Assembly: GCA_028285485.1 (NCBI GenBank)
Contig: JANQPC010000107.1
Location: 784 to 64,783, forward strand
Source: Paracoccaceae bacterium
Lineage (GTDB): Bacteria; Pseudomonadota; Alphaproteobacteria; Rhodobacterales; Rhodobacteraceae
Direction: 5' to 3'
Length of the DNA: 64,000 nucleotides
Part shown: one piece after another, positions 8,842-19,330 of the stretch
Numbering within the stretch: the first letter of the stretch is position 1
Layout: the number at the start of each line of letters is the position of its first letter
Position numbers and translations under genes: made by a program
Notes under the pieces: model-generated
What the model was told of the DNA's origin: nothing
Database searches by the model: none
The model's input: the letters and a program-made list of their open reading frames with translations, nothing else

Positions 8842-9870
8842 TCAGGGGAAGAGCGGCGCAAGGGTCAACCCCGCCGTCTCTTCCTCGCCCAACATCAGGT
8901 TGGCGTTCTGAACCGCCTGGCCCGACGACCCCTTGGTGAGGTTGTCGAGCGCGGCCACCACGATGGCGCGGCCCTCGCGCCGATCGGGGTAGACGCCGAT
9001 ATGCACGAAATTAGAGCCGCGAATGTCACGCGTCGAGGGGGCAAAATGCATCGGTAACGTAACGATGAATGGCTCGTCAGCATAGGCGCGGTGCAGGGTG
9101 CGGTGGATCTTCTCGGCATCGCCTTTCACGTAGACAGTGGCGAGGATGCCCCGGTTGGCGGGGATGAGATGGGGGGTGAACTGGATTTCCACGGGATGGC
9201 CCGCGGCGCGGCTGAGCTCCTGATCGAACTCGCCCAGATGCCGGTGGGTGCCGCCGATCCCGTAGGCCATCGCGCCTTCGGAGAGCTCGGCGTGAAGCAG
9301 ATGCTCCTTCAGCGCCCGGCCCGCGCCGGAAACGCCGGTTTTGAGATCGATGACGATCTCGCCCGTATCGATCACCCCCGCCATTACGAGGGGAAGAAGC
9401 GCGTAGAGCCCGGTTGCGGCGTTGCAACCCGTGCCGGCCACGAAGCGCGCCGCCTCAATCTCTTCCCGGTAGAATTCGGTAAGGCCGTAGACGGCTTCGT
9501 TCTGGAGATCGGGCGCCGCGTGGGGCTGGCCGTACCACTTTTCGTACGCCGCAGGATCGCGCAGCCGGAAATCGGCGGAAAGATCAACGATCTTGAGGTT
9601 TTTCGGCAGTTCCGAGATCACCGCCTGGCTGGTGGCATGGGGCAGCGCACAGAACACCAGATCAACGGCGTTGAAATCGATCTCTTCGATCTTGGTCAGC
9701 TTCGGCAGCGTGAGATGGCGGAAATGGGGGAACACCTCGCCCATATCCATGCCCGCCTTCCGATCCGCCGCCAGCGCGGCGATTTCCATCGTAGGATGGG
9801 TCGAGATCAGGCGCACCAGTTCGGCACCGGTATAGCCGCTTGCACCTAGGATTGCGATTTTGTGGGACAT
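8842..9870 (-). CDS. argC: N-acetyl-gamma-glutamyl-phosphate reductase
   Basis: '[17 protein letters not shown]' Rossmann N-terminus, 342 aa, Semialdhyde_dh-like layout. Confidence 0.9.
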   Translation of the reverse strand: MSHKIAILGASGYTGAELVRLISTHPTMEIAALAADRKAGMDMGEVFPHFRHLTLPKLTKIEEIDFNAVDLVFCALPHATSQAVISELPKNLKIVDLSADFRLRDPAAYEKWYGQPHAAPDLQNEAVYGLTEFYREEIEAARFVAGTGCNAATGLYALLPLVMAGVIDTGEIVIDLKTGVSGAGRALKEHLLHAELSEGAMAYGIGGTHRHLGEFDQELSRAAGHPVEIQFTPHLIPANRGILATVYVKGDAEKIHRTLHRAYADEPFIVTLPMHFAPSTRDIRGSNFVHIGVYPDRREGRAIVVAALDNLTKGSSGQAVQNANLMLGEEETAGLTLAPLFP

Positions 9871-9926
9871 TTCAGGCCCTTCCTGCGTTCGGTCGTGGAT
9901 GTAGAGAAAGATCGGCGGCCGCGCAA

Positions 9927-10739
9927 TCAGGCGGCCTGGAATTCGATCTTTCGTCGCAGGAACTGCGTGGCTTTTGAGGAGACGCGTTTCGGATCGCCGG
10001 TGGTGAGAAACGCCGCCTCGGCGCCCGGCCCCCGCATCTCGGGCCGCCGGCCCAGATAATCGTCGAGGCTTTCGGCCACGATGCTGGCCTGGGAATAAAC
10101 CGTCACGCCCTCGCCCAGCGCATCCTGAAAGATATGCGCCATCAGCGGGTAATGGGTGCAGCCCAGAACGGCGGCATCGGGCTTCGGCATCTTCCTCTTC
10201 AGCGCATCCACATGGCTCCGCACCAGCGCTTCGGCGAGGATCTCGTCGCCCTCTTCAATGGCATCGACCACGCCGCCGCAGGATTGCGCCTCCACATCCA
10301 CGCCGATGGCGCGGAAGGCCAGTTCGCGCTGGAAGGCGCGGCTTGCCACGGTGGCGGGCGTTGCAAACAGCGCCACATGCTTGACCGCCACTTCGCGGGG
10401 CGGGGAGTTATCGCCCCACTGCCGTTCCGTCAGCGCCTCGATGAGCGGCACGAACACGCCCAGCACCCGTTTATCGGACGGCACCCAGCGTTCCTGCATC
10501 CGGCGAAGCGCTGCGGCGCTTGCGGTGTTGCAGGCAAGGATCACCAGATCGCAGCCCTCGGCCCAAAGCCGCTCCACCGCCGAAGTGGTCAGATCGTACA
10601 CATCATCGGCATCGCGCACGCCGTAGGGCGCGTGCGCGCTATCGCCCAGGTAGACAAAGGGCACATCCGGCAGGCGTTTGGCGACGGCATCCAGAACCGT
10701 CAGCCCGCCCAGGCCGCTATCGAAAATTCCAACAGCCAT
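9927..10739 (-). CDS. murI: Glutamate racemase
   Basis: '[12 protein letters not shown]', 'LACNTASA' and 'GCTHYP' catalytic cysteine motifs. Confidence 0.9.
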   Translation of the reverse strand: MAVGIFDSGLGGLTVLDAVAKRLPDVPFVYLGDSAHAPYGVRDADDVYDLTTSAVERLWAEGCDLVILACNTASAAALRRMQERWVPSDKRVLGVFVPLIEALTERQWGDNSPPREVAVKHVALFATPATVASRAFQRELAFRAIGVDVEAQSCGGVVDAIEEGDEILAEALVRSHVDALKRKMPKPDAAVLGCTHYPLMAHIFQDALGEGVTVYSQASIVAESLDDYLGRRPEMRGPGAEAAFLTTGDPKRVSSKATQFLRRKIEFQAA

Positions 10740-10744
10740 CGGTT

Positions 10745-11626
10745 CTAGATCTTGTATCGCTCTTCAAACTCAAACCCGTAATCGAGGGTTTTGAGCGGTG
10801 TTGGCGACAGGGCATAGGTGGATCGGCGCAGAAAGTCCATCATCCCGCGCGCGTCGGATCGGTACTCATCAAGCGCGCCCTGCGGGATCGGCTCGCCGAT
10901 CACCACGCGCACGGGTTCATCCACCCGGCGCTTGAATTCCTTGATGAAAAGCGCGGTGCGCAGCGTGGCATGAAGGTGGCTGGCCACCTGGAAGAGCCGC
11001 GAATTCGTGCCTTCGAAGAAGATCGGCACGACGGTGGCGCCGCTTTTTGCGATCATCCGCGCGGTAAAGGCGCGCCAGCCGGGATCCATCGCCTGCCCGA
11101 AGGGCTTCGGCGCGGTAGAGACGGTGCCGCCCGGGAACACCCCGATTGCGCCGCCCTCGGCGAGGTAGCGCAGCGATTTCTTGCGGGTATCGATGTTGAG
11201 CTGCTGGGCCTCTTTCGTTTCATCAAACGAGATCGGCAGGATGATCCGATCGAGATCCTCGGCCTTGCGGAACACGCGGTGGGCGAGGATGCGAAATTCG
11301 CCGCCGCGCACCTCGCTCAGAATATGGCCCATCATCAGCCCGTCGAGGATGCCGTAGGGATGATTGGCCACCACGATGAGCGGCCCCTCCTTGGGAAGGT
11401 TGCCGAACGCGCCGCCGGAGACATTGAGGCTTAGCCCGTAGCGATCCACCATGACCTGCCAGAAATCGCGGCCCTGGGCCACTTCGCGATCATAGCCATC
11501 GGCGCGGCGGATCAGTCGGATACGGCCCGTGACATTTTCCAGAACCCGGATCAGCGCACGGCCGCCCTTGGTTTCGGCGGAGCTTGCATAGCTGATATCC
11601 CGCGCCACGTGTTTCTGCACGCCCAC
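10745..11626 (-). CDS. Lysophospholipid acyltransferase family protein (PlsC-like)
   Basis: HX4D motif 'NHPYGILD' and 'FPGGTVS'. The start is placed at the GTG 9 nt after a GGAAGGAGG SD. The track ORF extends further upstream. Confidence 0.7.
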   Translation of the reverse strand: MGVQKHVARDISYASSAETKGGRALIRVLENVTGRIRLIRRADGYDREVAQGRDFWQVMVDRYGLSLNVSGGAFGNLPKEGPLIVVANHPYGILDGLMMGHILSEVRGGEFRILAHRVFRKAEDLDRIILPISFDETKEAQQLNIDTRKKSLRYLAEGGAIGVFPGGTVSTAPKPFGQAMDPGWRAFTARMIAKSGATVVPIFFEGTNSRLFQVASHLHATLRTALFIKEFKRRVDEPVRVVIGEPIPQGALDEYRSDARGMMDFLRRSTYALSPTPLKTLDYGFEFEERYKI

Positions 11627-11801
11627 GTATCCGTGCCTCCTTCCAACCTGTTCCCGCGTACCGCAAGGTAACGATTCTATCCAGATATCAAGACAGTGGT
11701 GCGACATTGGGGTGTTGCGCGGGCGCCGCAGGCGCTTTCCGCGCCGGGCCGTGCAAGGCGTTGGGCGGCCGCTGTCTTTCGGGGCCGGGTACGGGCGGCT
11801 G

Positions 11802-14800
11802 CTACTCTGCCGCCTGCTTCAGGGGCGCCGAGCCGCCGCGCAGCGCCACGAGCAGCTCCTCCCGCCGCCGGGCGGCGGCCTCTGCATTGGCCTCTTTCAC
11901 CGGGCCGAACCCCCGGATCTGAAGCGGCAGTTCGGCAAGCGCCACGGCGGCATCGGGGTTGGCCGGAGCCTTGGCCAGCACCTCCTTGAGATCCTTGCGG
12001 TACTGGCGGATCAGGCGGCGTTCCATCCGCCGCTCGGCGGTATAGCCAAAGGGGTCAAACGGCGTTCCGCGGAGGATCTTCAGGCGCGCCAGAAGCGGCG
12101 CGGCCCGTTCCATCCAGCGCCCGAATTCGCGCTTCGCGGGCCGCCCGTCCGGCCCCTTGCGGGAAAGCATCGGGGGCGCGAGGTGGTAGGTGAGCGTCAG
12201 ATCGCCGTCAAAGGCCGCCTCGGCCTTGGCGCGCGTCTCTGTCAGCAGCCGCGCGACCTCGTATTCATCCTTATAGGCCAGAAGCTTGTGATAACCCTTG
12301 GCAACCGCCTCCTTGAGCCGCGCATCCTCGATCCCGCCCACAAGCTTGCGGTAGGATTTGGCGAGCCGCCCGCCCTGGTAAGCGCGCAGGTGATCGGCGC
12401 GGAATGCGATCTTTTCCTCCAGCGTTTTCGGCAGTGGGGTGACATTCGGGGAGGCAAGGCGCGCCGCTTCTTCGGTGTTCAGCGCCGCCCAGCGCCCGAT
12501 CTCGAAGGCGCGCAGGTTGGCCTCGACGGCGGCGCCATTGAGCGTGATCGCCTTGGTCATCGCCGCTTCGGAAACCGGGATCAGCCCGTTCTGCCAGGCC
12601 GCGCCGAAAACGATCATGTTGGAATAGATCGCGTCGCCCAGAAGCGCGCGGGCGAGTTCCGAAGCGTTGAAGAGCATCAGGCGGTCGCGCAGTTTCGCTT
12701 CAAGAGACAGGCTTAGGCGTTCGGACGGGATACGAAATTCGGTATCACGGGTGAAATCGCCGGTGATGATCTCATGGCTGTTGACCACGGCGCCGGTGCG
12801 CCCGGCGGAGGTAAGGCCCAGCGTCTTCGCGCCCGCACTCACCACCAGATCGCCGCCGATCAGCGCATCGCATTCGCCGGTGGCCACGCGGATGGCGCTG
12901 ATATCCTCGGGCGTGCTGCCGATCCGGCAATGGATATGCACGGCGCCGCCCTTCTGGGCGAGGCCCGCCATCTCCATCATCCCCGCGCCCTTGCCATCGA
13001 GATGGGCGGCCATGGCCAGCACCGCGCCGATCGTTACCACGCCGGTGCCGCCGACGCCGGTGATCACCACGTTATGGGTGCCGTCGATTTCCGGCAGCGC
13101 GGGCGCGGGCAGATCGCCGATCTCCAGCGCCGCGGTGGCCTCTTTGCGGATGGTGCCGCCCGCGACCGTCACGAAAGACGGGCAGAACCCCTTCACGCAG
13201 GAGAAATCCTTGTTGCAGCTTGATTGATCGATCGCGCGCTTGCGGCCCAGTTCGGTTTCCACCGGCACGATGGAAACGCAGTTCGATTGCACGCCGCAAT
13301 CGCCGCAGCCCTCGCAGATATCGGTATTGATGAAGACCCGCTTATCGGGGTCAGGAAAGGTGCCGCGCTTGCGGCGGCGGCGCTTTTCGGCGGCACAGGT
13401 TTGCACGAAGATAATCGCGGAAACCCCTTTGATCGCTCGATATTTCGCCTGGACCTCCGGCAGCGCATCGCGTTTGTGCCATTCGACACTTGCGGGAAAG
13501 CCGCTGCGCGCGGGCTCTTCCTTGGGGTCATAGACCAGCGCAATGTGCGCCACGCCCATCGCCTCAAGTTCGCGGGCGATCCTGTCGGGCGTGAGATCGC
13601 CTTCGTTTTCCTGCCCGCCCGTCATCGCGACGGCATCGTTGAAGAGGATCTTGTAGGTGATGTTGGTGCCGGCTGCGAGGGCGGCGCGGATGGCGAGAAC
13701 GCCGGAATGGTTGTAGGTGCCATCGCCCAGTTGCTGGAACACGTGATCGGTGGTGGAAAACGGCGCCTCGCCGATCCAGTTTGCCCCTTCGGCGCCCATA
13801 TGGGTGTAGCCGGAAACGCCCCGATCCATCCAAAGCGCCATGATGTGGCAGCCGATGCCGCCGAAGGCGCGGCTGCCCTCAGGCAGTTTGGTGGAGGTGT
13901 TGTGGGGGCAGCCGGAACAGAAATAGGGCACGCGCGCCGCGATATCCTCGGCGTTATCGGCTTTCTTGGCCTCGGCGATAACGCTCAGCCCGTGTTTGAC
14001 CCGCTCCGTGCCCCGGCCCTCTTCGATCAGAATGCCGCCAATCTTCTCGGCGATCATCACCGGATCCAGCGCCATGCGGGTGGGGAACAGCTCTTCACGA
14101 TGCATCGCGCCCGCACCGCCCTTGTACCAGCCGTAAACCCGGCGGCCGCGGCGATCATCGAAGATCGCCTCTTTGATCTGAACCTCGATCAGCTTGCGCT
14201 TTTCTTCTACGACCACGATCAGATCGAGCGCCTCGGCCCAATCGTTGAAGCCGGTCATATCGAGCGGGAAGGTCTGCGCCACCTTGTAGGTGGTGATGCC
14301 AAGGCGCTCGGCCTCCGCCGCATCGATGCCCAGAAGGCTCATCGCATGCACGAGGTCGAGCCAGTTCTTGCCCGCCGCCACGAAGCCGATCTTCGCGCCG
14401 GGCTTGCCCCAGATGCGCTTATCGATCCCGTTGGCATGGGCGAAGGCTTCCGCCGCGAAGCGCTTGTAATCTATCATCCGCGCTTCCTGCTCGATCCAGT
14501 GATCGTTGAGCCGGATGTTGAGCCCGCCCGGCGGCATCTCGAAGGCCGGTTCGGTGAAAGACAGCCGGTCGGGCCGCGCATCGACAACGCTGGTCACCTC
14601 CACGGTATCCTTCATCAGCTTCAGCCCGGCCCAGACGCCCGCGTAGCGCGACATCGCGTAGCCGTAGAGGCCGAGATCGAGGATTTCCTGCACACCCGCG
14701 GGCGAGAGCACAGGAATATAGGCATCGATCATCGCCCAATCGGATTGGTGGCAGGTGGTGGAGCTTTCGCCGGTGTGATCATCGCCCATCGCCACCAGCA

Positions 14801-15218
14801 CCCCGCCATGGGCGCTGGAGCCGGCCATATTGGCGTGGCGGAACACATCGCCCGATCTGTCCACCCCCGGCCCCTTGCCGTACCAGAGGCCGAAGACACC
14901 ATCATACTTGCCCTCGCCTCGCAGCTCTGCCTGCTGCGCGCCCCAGATCGCGGTCGCGGCCAGATCCTCGTTCAGACCGGGCTGAAAGGTGACATGGGCG
15001 GCGGTGAGCGCCTTTTCGGCGCGCGCCATCTGCGTATCCACCGCGCCCAGCGGCGAACCGCGATAGCCCGAGACAAGGCCCGCGGTGTTCAGCCCCGCCG
15101 CGCGATCGCGGGCGCTTTGCATCAGCATCAGGCGCACAAGCGCCTGCGTTCCGTTGAGCAGGATCTGATCTTTGGAAAGATCGAACTTGTCGTGCAAGCT
15201 AACGTCGCGCAGCGTCAT
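11802..15218 (-). CDS. Indolepyruvate ferredoxin oxidoreductase family protein (fused alpha/beta, 1138 aa)
   Basis: N-terminal 'LNGTQALVRLMLMQ', TPP-binding region, and ferredoxin-like 'CEGCGDCGVQSNC' and 'CNKDFSCVKGFCPSF' clusters. Confidence 0.85.
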   Translation of the reverse strand: MTLRDVSLHDKFDLSKDQILLNGTQALVRLMLMQSARDRAAGLNTAGLVSGYRGSPLGAVDTQMARAEKALTAAHVTFQPGLNEDLAATAIWGAQQAELRGEGKYDGVFGLWYGKGPGVDRSGDVFRHANMAGSSAHGGVLVAMGDDHTGESSTTCHQSDWAMIDAYIPVLSPAGVQEILDLGLYGYAMSRYAGVWAGLKLMKDTVEVTSVVDARPDRLSFTEPAFEMPPGGLNIRLNDHWIEQEARMIDYKRFAAEAFAHANGIDKRIWGKPGAKIGFVAAGKNWLDLVHAMSLLGIDAAEAERLGITTYKVAQTFPLDMTGFNDWAEALDLIVVVEEKRKLIEVQIKEAIFDDRRGRRVYGWYKGGAGAMHREELFPTRMALDPVMIAEKIGGILIEEGRGTERVKHGLSVIAEAKKADNAEDIAARVPYFCSGCPHNTSTKLPEGSRAFGGIGCHIMALWMDRGVSGYTHMGAEGANWIGEAPFSTTDHVFQQLGDGTYNHSGVLAIRAALAAGTNITYKILFNDAVAMTGGQENEGDLTPDRIARELEAMGVAHIALVYDPKEEPARSGFPASVEWHKRDALPEVQAKYRAIKGVSAIIFVQTCAAEKRRRRKRGTFPDPDKRVFINTDICEGCGDCGVQSNCVSIVPVETELGRKRAIDQSSCNKDFSCVKGFCPSFVTVAGGTIRKEATAALEIGDLPAPALPEIDGTHNVVITGVGGTGVVTIGAVLAMAAHLDGKGAGMMEMAGLAQKGGAVHIHCRIGSTPEDISAIRVATGECDALIGGDLVVSAGAKTLGLTSAGRTGAVVNSHEIITGDFTRDTEFRIPSERLSLSLEAKLRDRLMLFNASELARALLGDAIYSNMIVFGAAWQNGLIPVSEAAMTKAITLNGAAVEANLRAFEIGRWAALNTEEAARLASPNVTPLPKTLEEKIAFRADHLRAYQGGRLAKSYRKLVGGIEDARLKEAVAKGYHKLLAYKDEYEVARLLTETRAKAEAAFDGDLTLTYHLAPPMLSRKGPDGRPAKREFGRWMERAAPLLARLKILRGTPFDPFGYTAERRMERRLIRQYRKDLKEVLAKAPANPDAAVALAELPLQIRGFGPVKEANAEAAARRREELLVALRGGSAPLKQAAE

Positions 15219-15254
15219 GCAGGCCCTCCCCGGCCGATGCGATTGGCTTCAGTA

Positions 15255-15275
15255 TAGGTCATAATCTCTGACCTA
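15255..15275. promoter_or_regulatory. Perfect inverted repeat TAGGTCA-N7-TGACCTA, a candidate LysR-type operator
   Basis: Read directly in the 156-bp divergent region between the oxidoreductase gene and the LysR gene. It contains a T-N11-A core. Confidence 0.45.
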
Positions 15276-15374
15276 CAAAATCAATTTGCCGTGGCGTCGG
15301 CAATTGCGCGGCCCTCCGGCGTGGGGATACATGTGTAACAAAATACCATTCGGGAACGGTTGATTTGTAACGCG

Positions 15375-16283
15375 ATGGATTGGGACAAGCTTCGAATATT
15401 TCACGCCGTCGCGGATGCGGGCAGCCTGACCCATGCGGGCGAAACGCTGCACCTGTCGCAATCGGCTGTCTCGCGCCAGATTCGGGCGCTGGAAGACAGC
15501 CTGAACACCACGCTGTTCCACCGCCATGCGCGGGGGCTGATTCTCACCGAACAGGGCGAGCTGCTCTTTGATGCCACCACCGCCATGGTGCGGCGCCTCG
15601 ATACCGCCGAGGCGCGGATCCGTGACAGCGAGGAAGAGGTGTTCGGCGAACTTCGGGTCACCACAACCACGGGCTTCGGCTCGCTCTGGCTCGTGCCCCG
15701 CCTGCCGAAGCTTTACGAACGCTACCCCGACCTGAAGATCGACCTGATGCTGGAAGAACGGGTGCTTGATCTGCCGATGCGCGAGGCGGATGTGGCGATC
15801 CGGATGAAAGAGCCAAGCCAGGCCGATCTGATCCGCCGCAAGCTGATGAGCGTGCGCATGCGGCTCTTTGCATCGCCGGACTACGTGCAGGCCAACGGGC
15901 GGCCGGAAACAATGGCGGATCTCAGCCGGTTCCGTCTGATCTGCCAGAACACGTCATCCTTTCAGGTCAGCGCAGGGGCGACCCTTGTGCAACAGCTTTT
16001 CACGCAGAACCTGCCGTCAACTTTAACGGTCAACAACTACTTCGGCGTGTTGCAGGGGGTGTTGAGCGATCTCGGAATCGGCGTGCTGCCGGATTACGTA
16101 ACCGAGGATTTCCCCCTGCTCGAGCGCGTTCTGCCCGAAATCGAATCTGCGGAAGTGCCTGTTTTCCTTGCCTATCCCGAAGAGCTGCGGCAATCGAAGC
16201 GGATCGCGGCGTTCCGGGATTTCGTGACCGAGGAAATCATCGCCTATCGCCGCAAGCTGAAATCCCAGGCCGCCGCGGAGTGA
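15375..16283 (+). CDS. LysR family transcriptional regulator
   Basis: 'MDWDKLRIFHAVADAGSLTHAGETLHLSQSAVSRQIRALE' HTH followed by a LysR substrate-binding domain. Confidence 0.85.
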   Translation: MDWDKLRIFHAVADAGSLTHAGETLHLSQSAVSRQIRALEDSLNTTLFHRHARGLILTEQGELLFDATTAMVRRLDTAEARIRDSEEEVFGELRVTTTTGFGSLWLVPRLPKLYERYPDLKIDLMLEERVLDLPMREADVAIRMKEPSQADLIRRKLMSVRMRLFASPDYVQANGRPETMADLSRFRLICQNTSSFQVSAGATLVQQLFTQNLPSTLTVNNYFGVLQGVLSDLGIGVLPDYVTEDFPLLERVLPEIESAEVPVFLAYPEELRQSKRIAAFRDFVTEEIIAYRRKLKSQAAAE

Positions 16284-16367
16284 AGCGGGCGCGCGGGCCA
16301 TGCACGGCACGCATAGCGGCACTGCAGCACAGGCACGGGGAAATGCCTTGATTGGTGAGAAAATAGG

Positions 16368-16453
16368 CACTACCTCCGATGGAAGCACGGGTCATCCCGT
16401 GTTTACCTCCCTGTTGGACTTGGGCCGAGCTTAATGCTCGGCCTCTTTTTCTT
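16368..16453 (+). ncRNA. Candidate small RNA or leader: two hairpins with two single-stranded CCUCC motifs. The 5' end is not defined.
   Basis: CCTCC at 16373-16377 and 16406-16410 flank the hairpin CACGGG-UCAU-CCCGUG (16386-16401). The element ends in a strong intrinsic terminator. No convincing promoter was seen. Confidence 0.35.
16422..16453 (+). terminator. Rho-independent terminator
   Basis: 9-bp stem GGGCCGAGC/GCUCGGCCU with loop UUAAU, followed by CUUUUUCUU. Confidence 0.7.
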
Positions 16454-16462
16454 GGAGGGCCC

Positions 16463-17020
16463 ATGACCGATCAGCAGACAGAGCGGGAAAAGATGATCGC
16501 GGGCGCGCTCTATCGCCCGGGCGATCCGGAACTTGTGGCTGACCGGCAGCGCGCGCAGGCCGCGATGGCGCGCTACAATGCCACTGTCTATGGCGATGCC
16601 GATCGGGGCGGGGCGCTGGCCGATCTTATGGGCGCTGTGGGGCGCGACGTGGCGGTGCGCGCGCCCGTCTACGTGGATTACGGCTTCAACATCACGCTGG
16701 GCGATGGCGTGTTTCTCAACTATGGCTGCGTGCTTCTGGATGTCTGCCCGATCGTGATCGGCGCGGGCACGCAGGTGGGGCCGATGACCCAGATTCTGGC
16801 CGCCGATCACCCGCGCGATCCGGCAGCGCGCGCCGAGGGGCTGGAAAACGGCCGCCCCGTCACCATCGGCCGCAATGTGTGGATCGGGGGCGGCGCGCTT
16901 CTTTTGCCGGGCGTGACGGTGGGCGACGATGCGATCATCGGGGCGGGCGCGGTGGTTACGCGCGACGTGCCCAGGGGCGCCACCGTGGCAGGCGGGCCCG
17001 CGCGGCCCATCGGCGGATAG
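16463..17020 (+). CDS. Sugar O-acetyltransferase (maltose/galactoside acetyltransferase-like, hexapeptide repeat)
   Basis: Mac-type N-terminus 'EREKMIAGALYRPGDPEL' and left-handed beta-helix repeats 'IGRNVWIGGGALLLPGVTVGDDAIIGAGAVV'. A GGAGGG SD precedes the ATG. Confidence 0.8.
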   Translation: MTDQQTEREKMIAGALYRPGDPELVADRQRAQAAMARYNATVYGDADRGGALADLMGAVGRDVAVRAPVYVDYGFNITLGDGVFLNYGCVLLDVCPIVIGAGTQVGPMTQILAADHPRDPAARAEGLENGRPVTIGRNVWIGGGALLLPGVTVGDDAIIGAGAVVTRDVPRGATVAGGPARPIGG

Positions 17021-17235
17021 CGGCGCCGCGCAGCTCCTGCGCCCGACGTTCGTGAAAGTCCGTTTGCATTTTTGCAAAGAGCCTTTGCTCTTTACGGTAT
17101 TCGGTTTCCGGAGTTTCCTGAAGCCGAAGCGGCTGAATGATGGGAAACATGGCACATTCTCCTTCTGACAGGGAAACAGATACGGGCGCGCCGGGCGTTG
17201 CGGGAGCCGCCGGTTCCGTAGCCCTAGTTTCAAAA

Positions 17236-18072
17236 ATGAAAACCGATCCGGCCTGGACGGATCTGGCCTATTTCGCCTCGATCGCGCGCCAGGGCGGGCT
17301 GCAGCGGGCCGCCGACGATCTAGGCGTAAGCGCCGCCACGCTCAGCCGCCGGATGCGCGCGCTGGAGGTGCAGCTCGGCCGCCGCCTCTTCCTTCACGGC
17401 GCGGAGGGCTATGCGCTGACCGCCGATGGCCGGGCGCTGTGGGACCGCACCCAACGGATGGAGGCGGTGGCAACCGAGATCAATCTCTGGCGCGAGGCCG
17501 CTCAGGGCCCCGTCTGCGTGCGGATTTCGGCAGGCACCTGGACGGCGCGGGAACTGGCCGAAAACCTGCCCGCCTATTGGCAGCCGGGCATGCACTGGTT
17601 GCCCGAATTCGTGCATTGCGAGGAGATGATGGATATCGCCCGGCGCGAGGTGGATATCGGCATCCGCAACGCCCGGCCCACCCAGGCGTGGCTTGCCGGG
17701 AGGCGCGTGGGATCGGTGCGCTTTGCCGTCTATGCCCGCGGGCCCGAGGTGACGGGCTGGATCGGCCCGGCCCATGGCGCCCCCCGCACGCCCTCGATGC
17801 TGTGGCTGAAGGCCCATCATGGCGACCGCATCGTGACGAAAGCCAATTGCCCGCAGCTTGCCGTTGCGCTGGCGACTGCGGGGATCGGGCGCGTGGTGCT
17901 GCCCACCTTCATGGGCGACAGGCTGCCGGGGATCACCCGGGTTTCGGACGAGATTGAGGAACTGGCCAGCGGCCAATGGCTGATCAGCCATCAGGACGGG
18001 CGCAACGAACCAGCGGTGCGCGCCGCCCTCGATGCGTTGGCAGAGTATCTCACCCGTGCCGAGGCCGCTTGA
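17236..18072 (+). CDS. LysR family transcriptional regulator
   Basis: 'WTDLAYFASIARQGGLQRAADDLGVSAATLSRRMRALE' HTH. The start is taken at the ATG at 17236. Confidence 0.8.
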   Translation: MKTDPAWTDLAYFASIARQGGLQRAADDLGVSAATLSRRMRALEVQLGRRLFLHGAEGYALTADGRALWDRTQRMEAVATEINLWREAAQGPVCVRISAGTWTARELAENLPAYWQPGMHWLPEFVHCEEMMDIARREVDIGIRNARPTQAWLAGRRVGSVRFAVYARGPEVTGWIGPAHGAPRTPSMLWLKAHHGDRIVTKANCPQLAVALATAGIGRVVLPTFMGDRLPGITRVSDEIEELASGQWLISHQDGRNEPAVRAALDALAEYLTRAEAA

Positions 18073-18127
18073 GATCGTGCGCGCGAGGGCCTATTTTCAA
18101 AGGAACGCAGCTTAGGAAAGCGCTTCG

Positions 18128-18505
18128 ATGTTTGGCATTCCCGGCAAACAAGCCGTTTCGATCACCCCGCGCGCAGCGGCCCAGATCCGCACGCTGATGG
18201 AAAAAGACGGCCATGAGGGCCTGCGCATCGGCGTTAAGAAAGGCGGCTGCGCGGGCATGGAATACACGATGGATTACGTGGCCGAGGTGGATCCGCTCGA
18301 TGAGGTGGTGGAAGCCGAGGGCGCGCGCGTGATGATCGCGCCGATGGCGCAGATGTTCCTCTTCGGCACCGAGATCGATTACGAGGTGTCGCTGCTCGAA
18401 TCCGGCTTCAAGTTCCGCAACCCCAATGTGGCCGATGCCTGCGGCTGCGGGGAATCGATCAAATTCAAGGATGTTGAGGAGCTGCAGGCCGACCAGAGCG
18501 GCTGA
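18128..18505 (+). CDS. Iron-sulfur cluster assembly accessory protein (HesB/IscA/ErpA family)
   Basis: '[12 protein letters not shown]' and the C-terminal 'CGCGESI' cysteine motif. Confidence 0.85.
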   Translation: MFGIPGKQAVSITPRAAAQIRTLMEKDGHEGLRIGVKKGGCAGMEYTMDYVAEVDPLDEVVEAEGARVMIAPMAQMFLFGTEIDYEVSLLESGFKFRNPNVADACGCGESIKFKDVEELQADQSG

Positions 18506-18574
18506 TGCGCCACCTTGACGGCGCCGCGTAGCGCTGCGATGCCGCCAGAGGGATCGCAAGCGGAGGGATCGGTG

Positions 18575-19330
18575 ATGCGGCGCGGATTGGCAGCAGGCAA
18601 CTGGAAAATGAACGGCACCGGGGGCGATCTTGGGGAGATCGCGTTGCTCGCCGCTGCGCATCCCGCGCCCGCCAGCGAAGTTCTGATCTGCCCCCCCGCC
18701 ACGCTGATTGCCCGGATGGCCGATGCCGCGCGCGGCACCCCCATCGCGGTGGGCGGGCAGGATTGCCATCCCGCCGAAAAAGGCGCCCATACCGGCGATC
18801 TCTCGGCCGCGATGCTGGCAGAGGCCGGCGCGAGCCACGTGATCCTCGGCCATTCCGAACGCCGCGCCGATCATGGCGAGACGGACGATCTGGTGCGCGC
18901 GAAGGCAGAGGCCGCGCGCGCGGCGGGGCTGACGGCCATCGTCTGCGTGGGCGAAACGCTGGCCGAACGCGAGGCGGGCCGCACGCTTGAAATCGTGGAG
19001 GGCCAGCTTGCGGGATCGGTGCCCGATGGGGCGGCGGGCGACACGCTGGTTGTGGCCTATGAACCGGTTTGGGCCATCGGCACCGGGCTCACCCCCACCA
19101 CCGAACAGATCGCCGAAGTGCATGCCGCGCTGCGCGCTGCGCTGACGGCACGCTTCGGGGCAGAGATCGCGGGCGCGATCCGGCTTCTCTACGGCGGCTC
19201 GGTCAAGGCGGCGAATGCCACGGAAATCTTTGCCGTGGCGGATGTGGATGGCGCGCTTGTGGGCGGCGCTTCGCTGAAAGCCGCCGATTTCGGGCCCATC
19301 GTGGCGGCGCTGGATGCGCGCCTTGGCTGA
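18575..19330 (+). CDS. tpiA: Triosephosphate isomerase
   Basis: 'AAGNWKMNG', 'ILGHSERR' and '[12 protein letters not shown]'. A GGAGGG SD lies 7 nt before the ATG at 18575. Confidence 0.9.
   Translation: MRRGLAAGNWKMNGTGGDLGEIALLAAAHPAPASEVLICPPATLIARMADAARGTPIAVGGQDCHPAEKGAHTGDLSAAMLAEAGASHVILGHSERRADHGETDDLVRAKAEAARAAGLTAIVCVGETLAEREAGRTLEIVEGQLAGSVPDGAAGDTLVVAYEPVWAIGTGLTPTTEQIAEVHAALRAALTARFGAEIAGAIRLLYGGSVKAANATEIFAVADVDGALVGGASLKAADFGPIVAALDARLG

Noticed and set aside
16956-17150. 64-aa minus-strand ORF in the AT-rich gap before the second LysR gene.
   Set aside because: It has to overlap the 3' end of the acetyltransferase gene by about 65 nt to reach a stop. Its tail is Arg/Ala/Trp-rich junk and no SD was seen. 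The nearby palindromes (TTTGCA-tttt-TGCAAA, AAAGAGC-cttt-GCTCTTT) look more like regulatory or terminator-like DNA.
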